Shown one piece after another: positions 63,901 to 64,000 of a stretch of DNA of 64,000 bases. This DNA comes from Lama guanicoe (taxonomy: Eukaryota): positions 3,825,434 through 3,889,433 of the forward strand of contig MU053994.1 of assembly GCA_013239625.1 (NCBI GenBank). The letters run 5' to 3'. The notes under the pieces were generated by a model. That model was not told the DNA's origin, made no database searches, and saw only the letters and a program-made list of their open reading frames with translations. The position numbers were made by a program, and so were the translations under genes. How positions within the stretch are numbered: the stretch's first letter is position 1; the number at the start of each line of letters is the position of its first letter.

Positions 63901-64000
63901 AATTAAAGAAGAAAAAAATGAATAAAAATGGCTATTTGTGACAGTTGGATCTGGTTTCTTCTAAACATTTTCCATTGGGAAAAGCATCACAGCCAATGAA

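Noticed and set aside
1..64000. The many 60-170 aa ORFs in the track as cellular genes
   Set aside because: All recognisable ones are L1 or Tigger remnants or their antisense frames. The rest lie in repeats or lack homology and exon structure.
1..64000. CRISPR array, operon or other prokaryote-type system
   Set aside because: There is no regularly spaced repeat-spacer array or gene-dense region. The sequence is mammalian and repeat-rich.

Overview
This is mammalian non-coding DNA, AT-rich and CpG-depleted, and very likely camelid (two Vic-1-type tRNA-Ala-derived SINE copies and a young L1 family). I found no cellular protein-coding exon, RNA gene or CpG island that I can support. The only ORFs with recognisable homology are LINE-1 ORF1/ORF2 remnants. 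The window is a mosaic of ancient repeats (L2, MIR, MLT1/MLT2/LTR16/LTR33, MER5A/MER33/MER58A/MER82/MER103, L1M subfamilies) overlaid by younger TSD-flanked retrotransposition events. I do not see a new biological system. The most notable signals are atypical products of the L1 machinery that can be read directly from the sequence: (1) a 3' transduction that moved most of a MER82 DNA transposon; (2) a 250-bp insert combining a twin-priming inversion with a 3' transduction; (3) a TSD-flanked orphan retrocopy of unidentified unique sequence; (4) a tailless, internally primed SINE head; (5) a young L1 with a non-adjacent 5' segment. Repeat subfamily names come from my memory of consensus sequences and need Dfam/RepeatMasker confirmation. 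Boundaries of old repeats are approximate.
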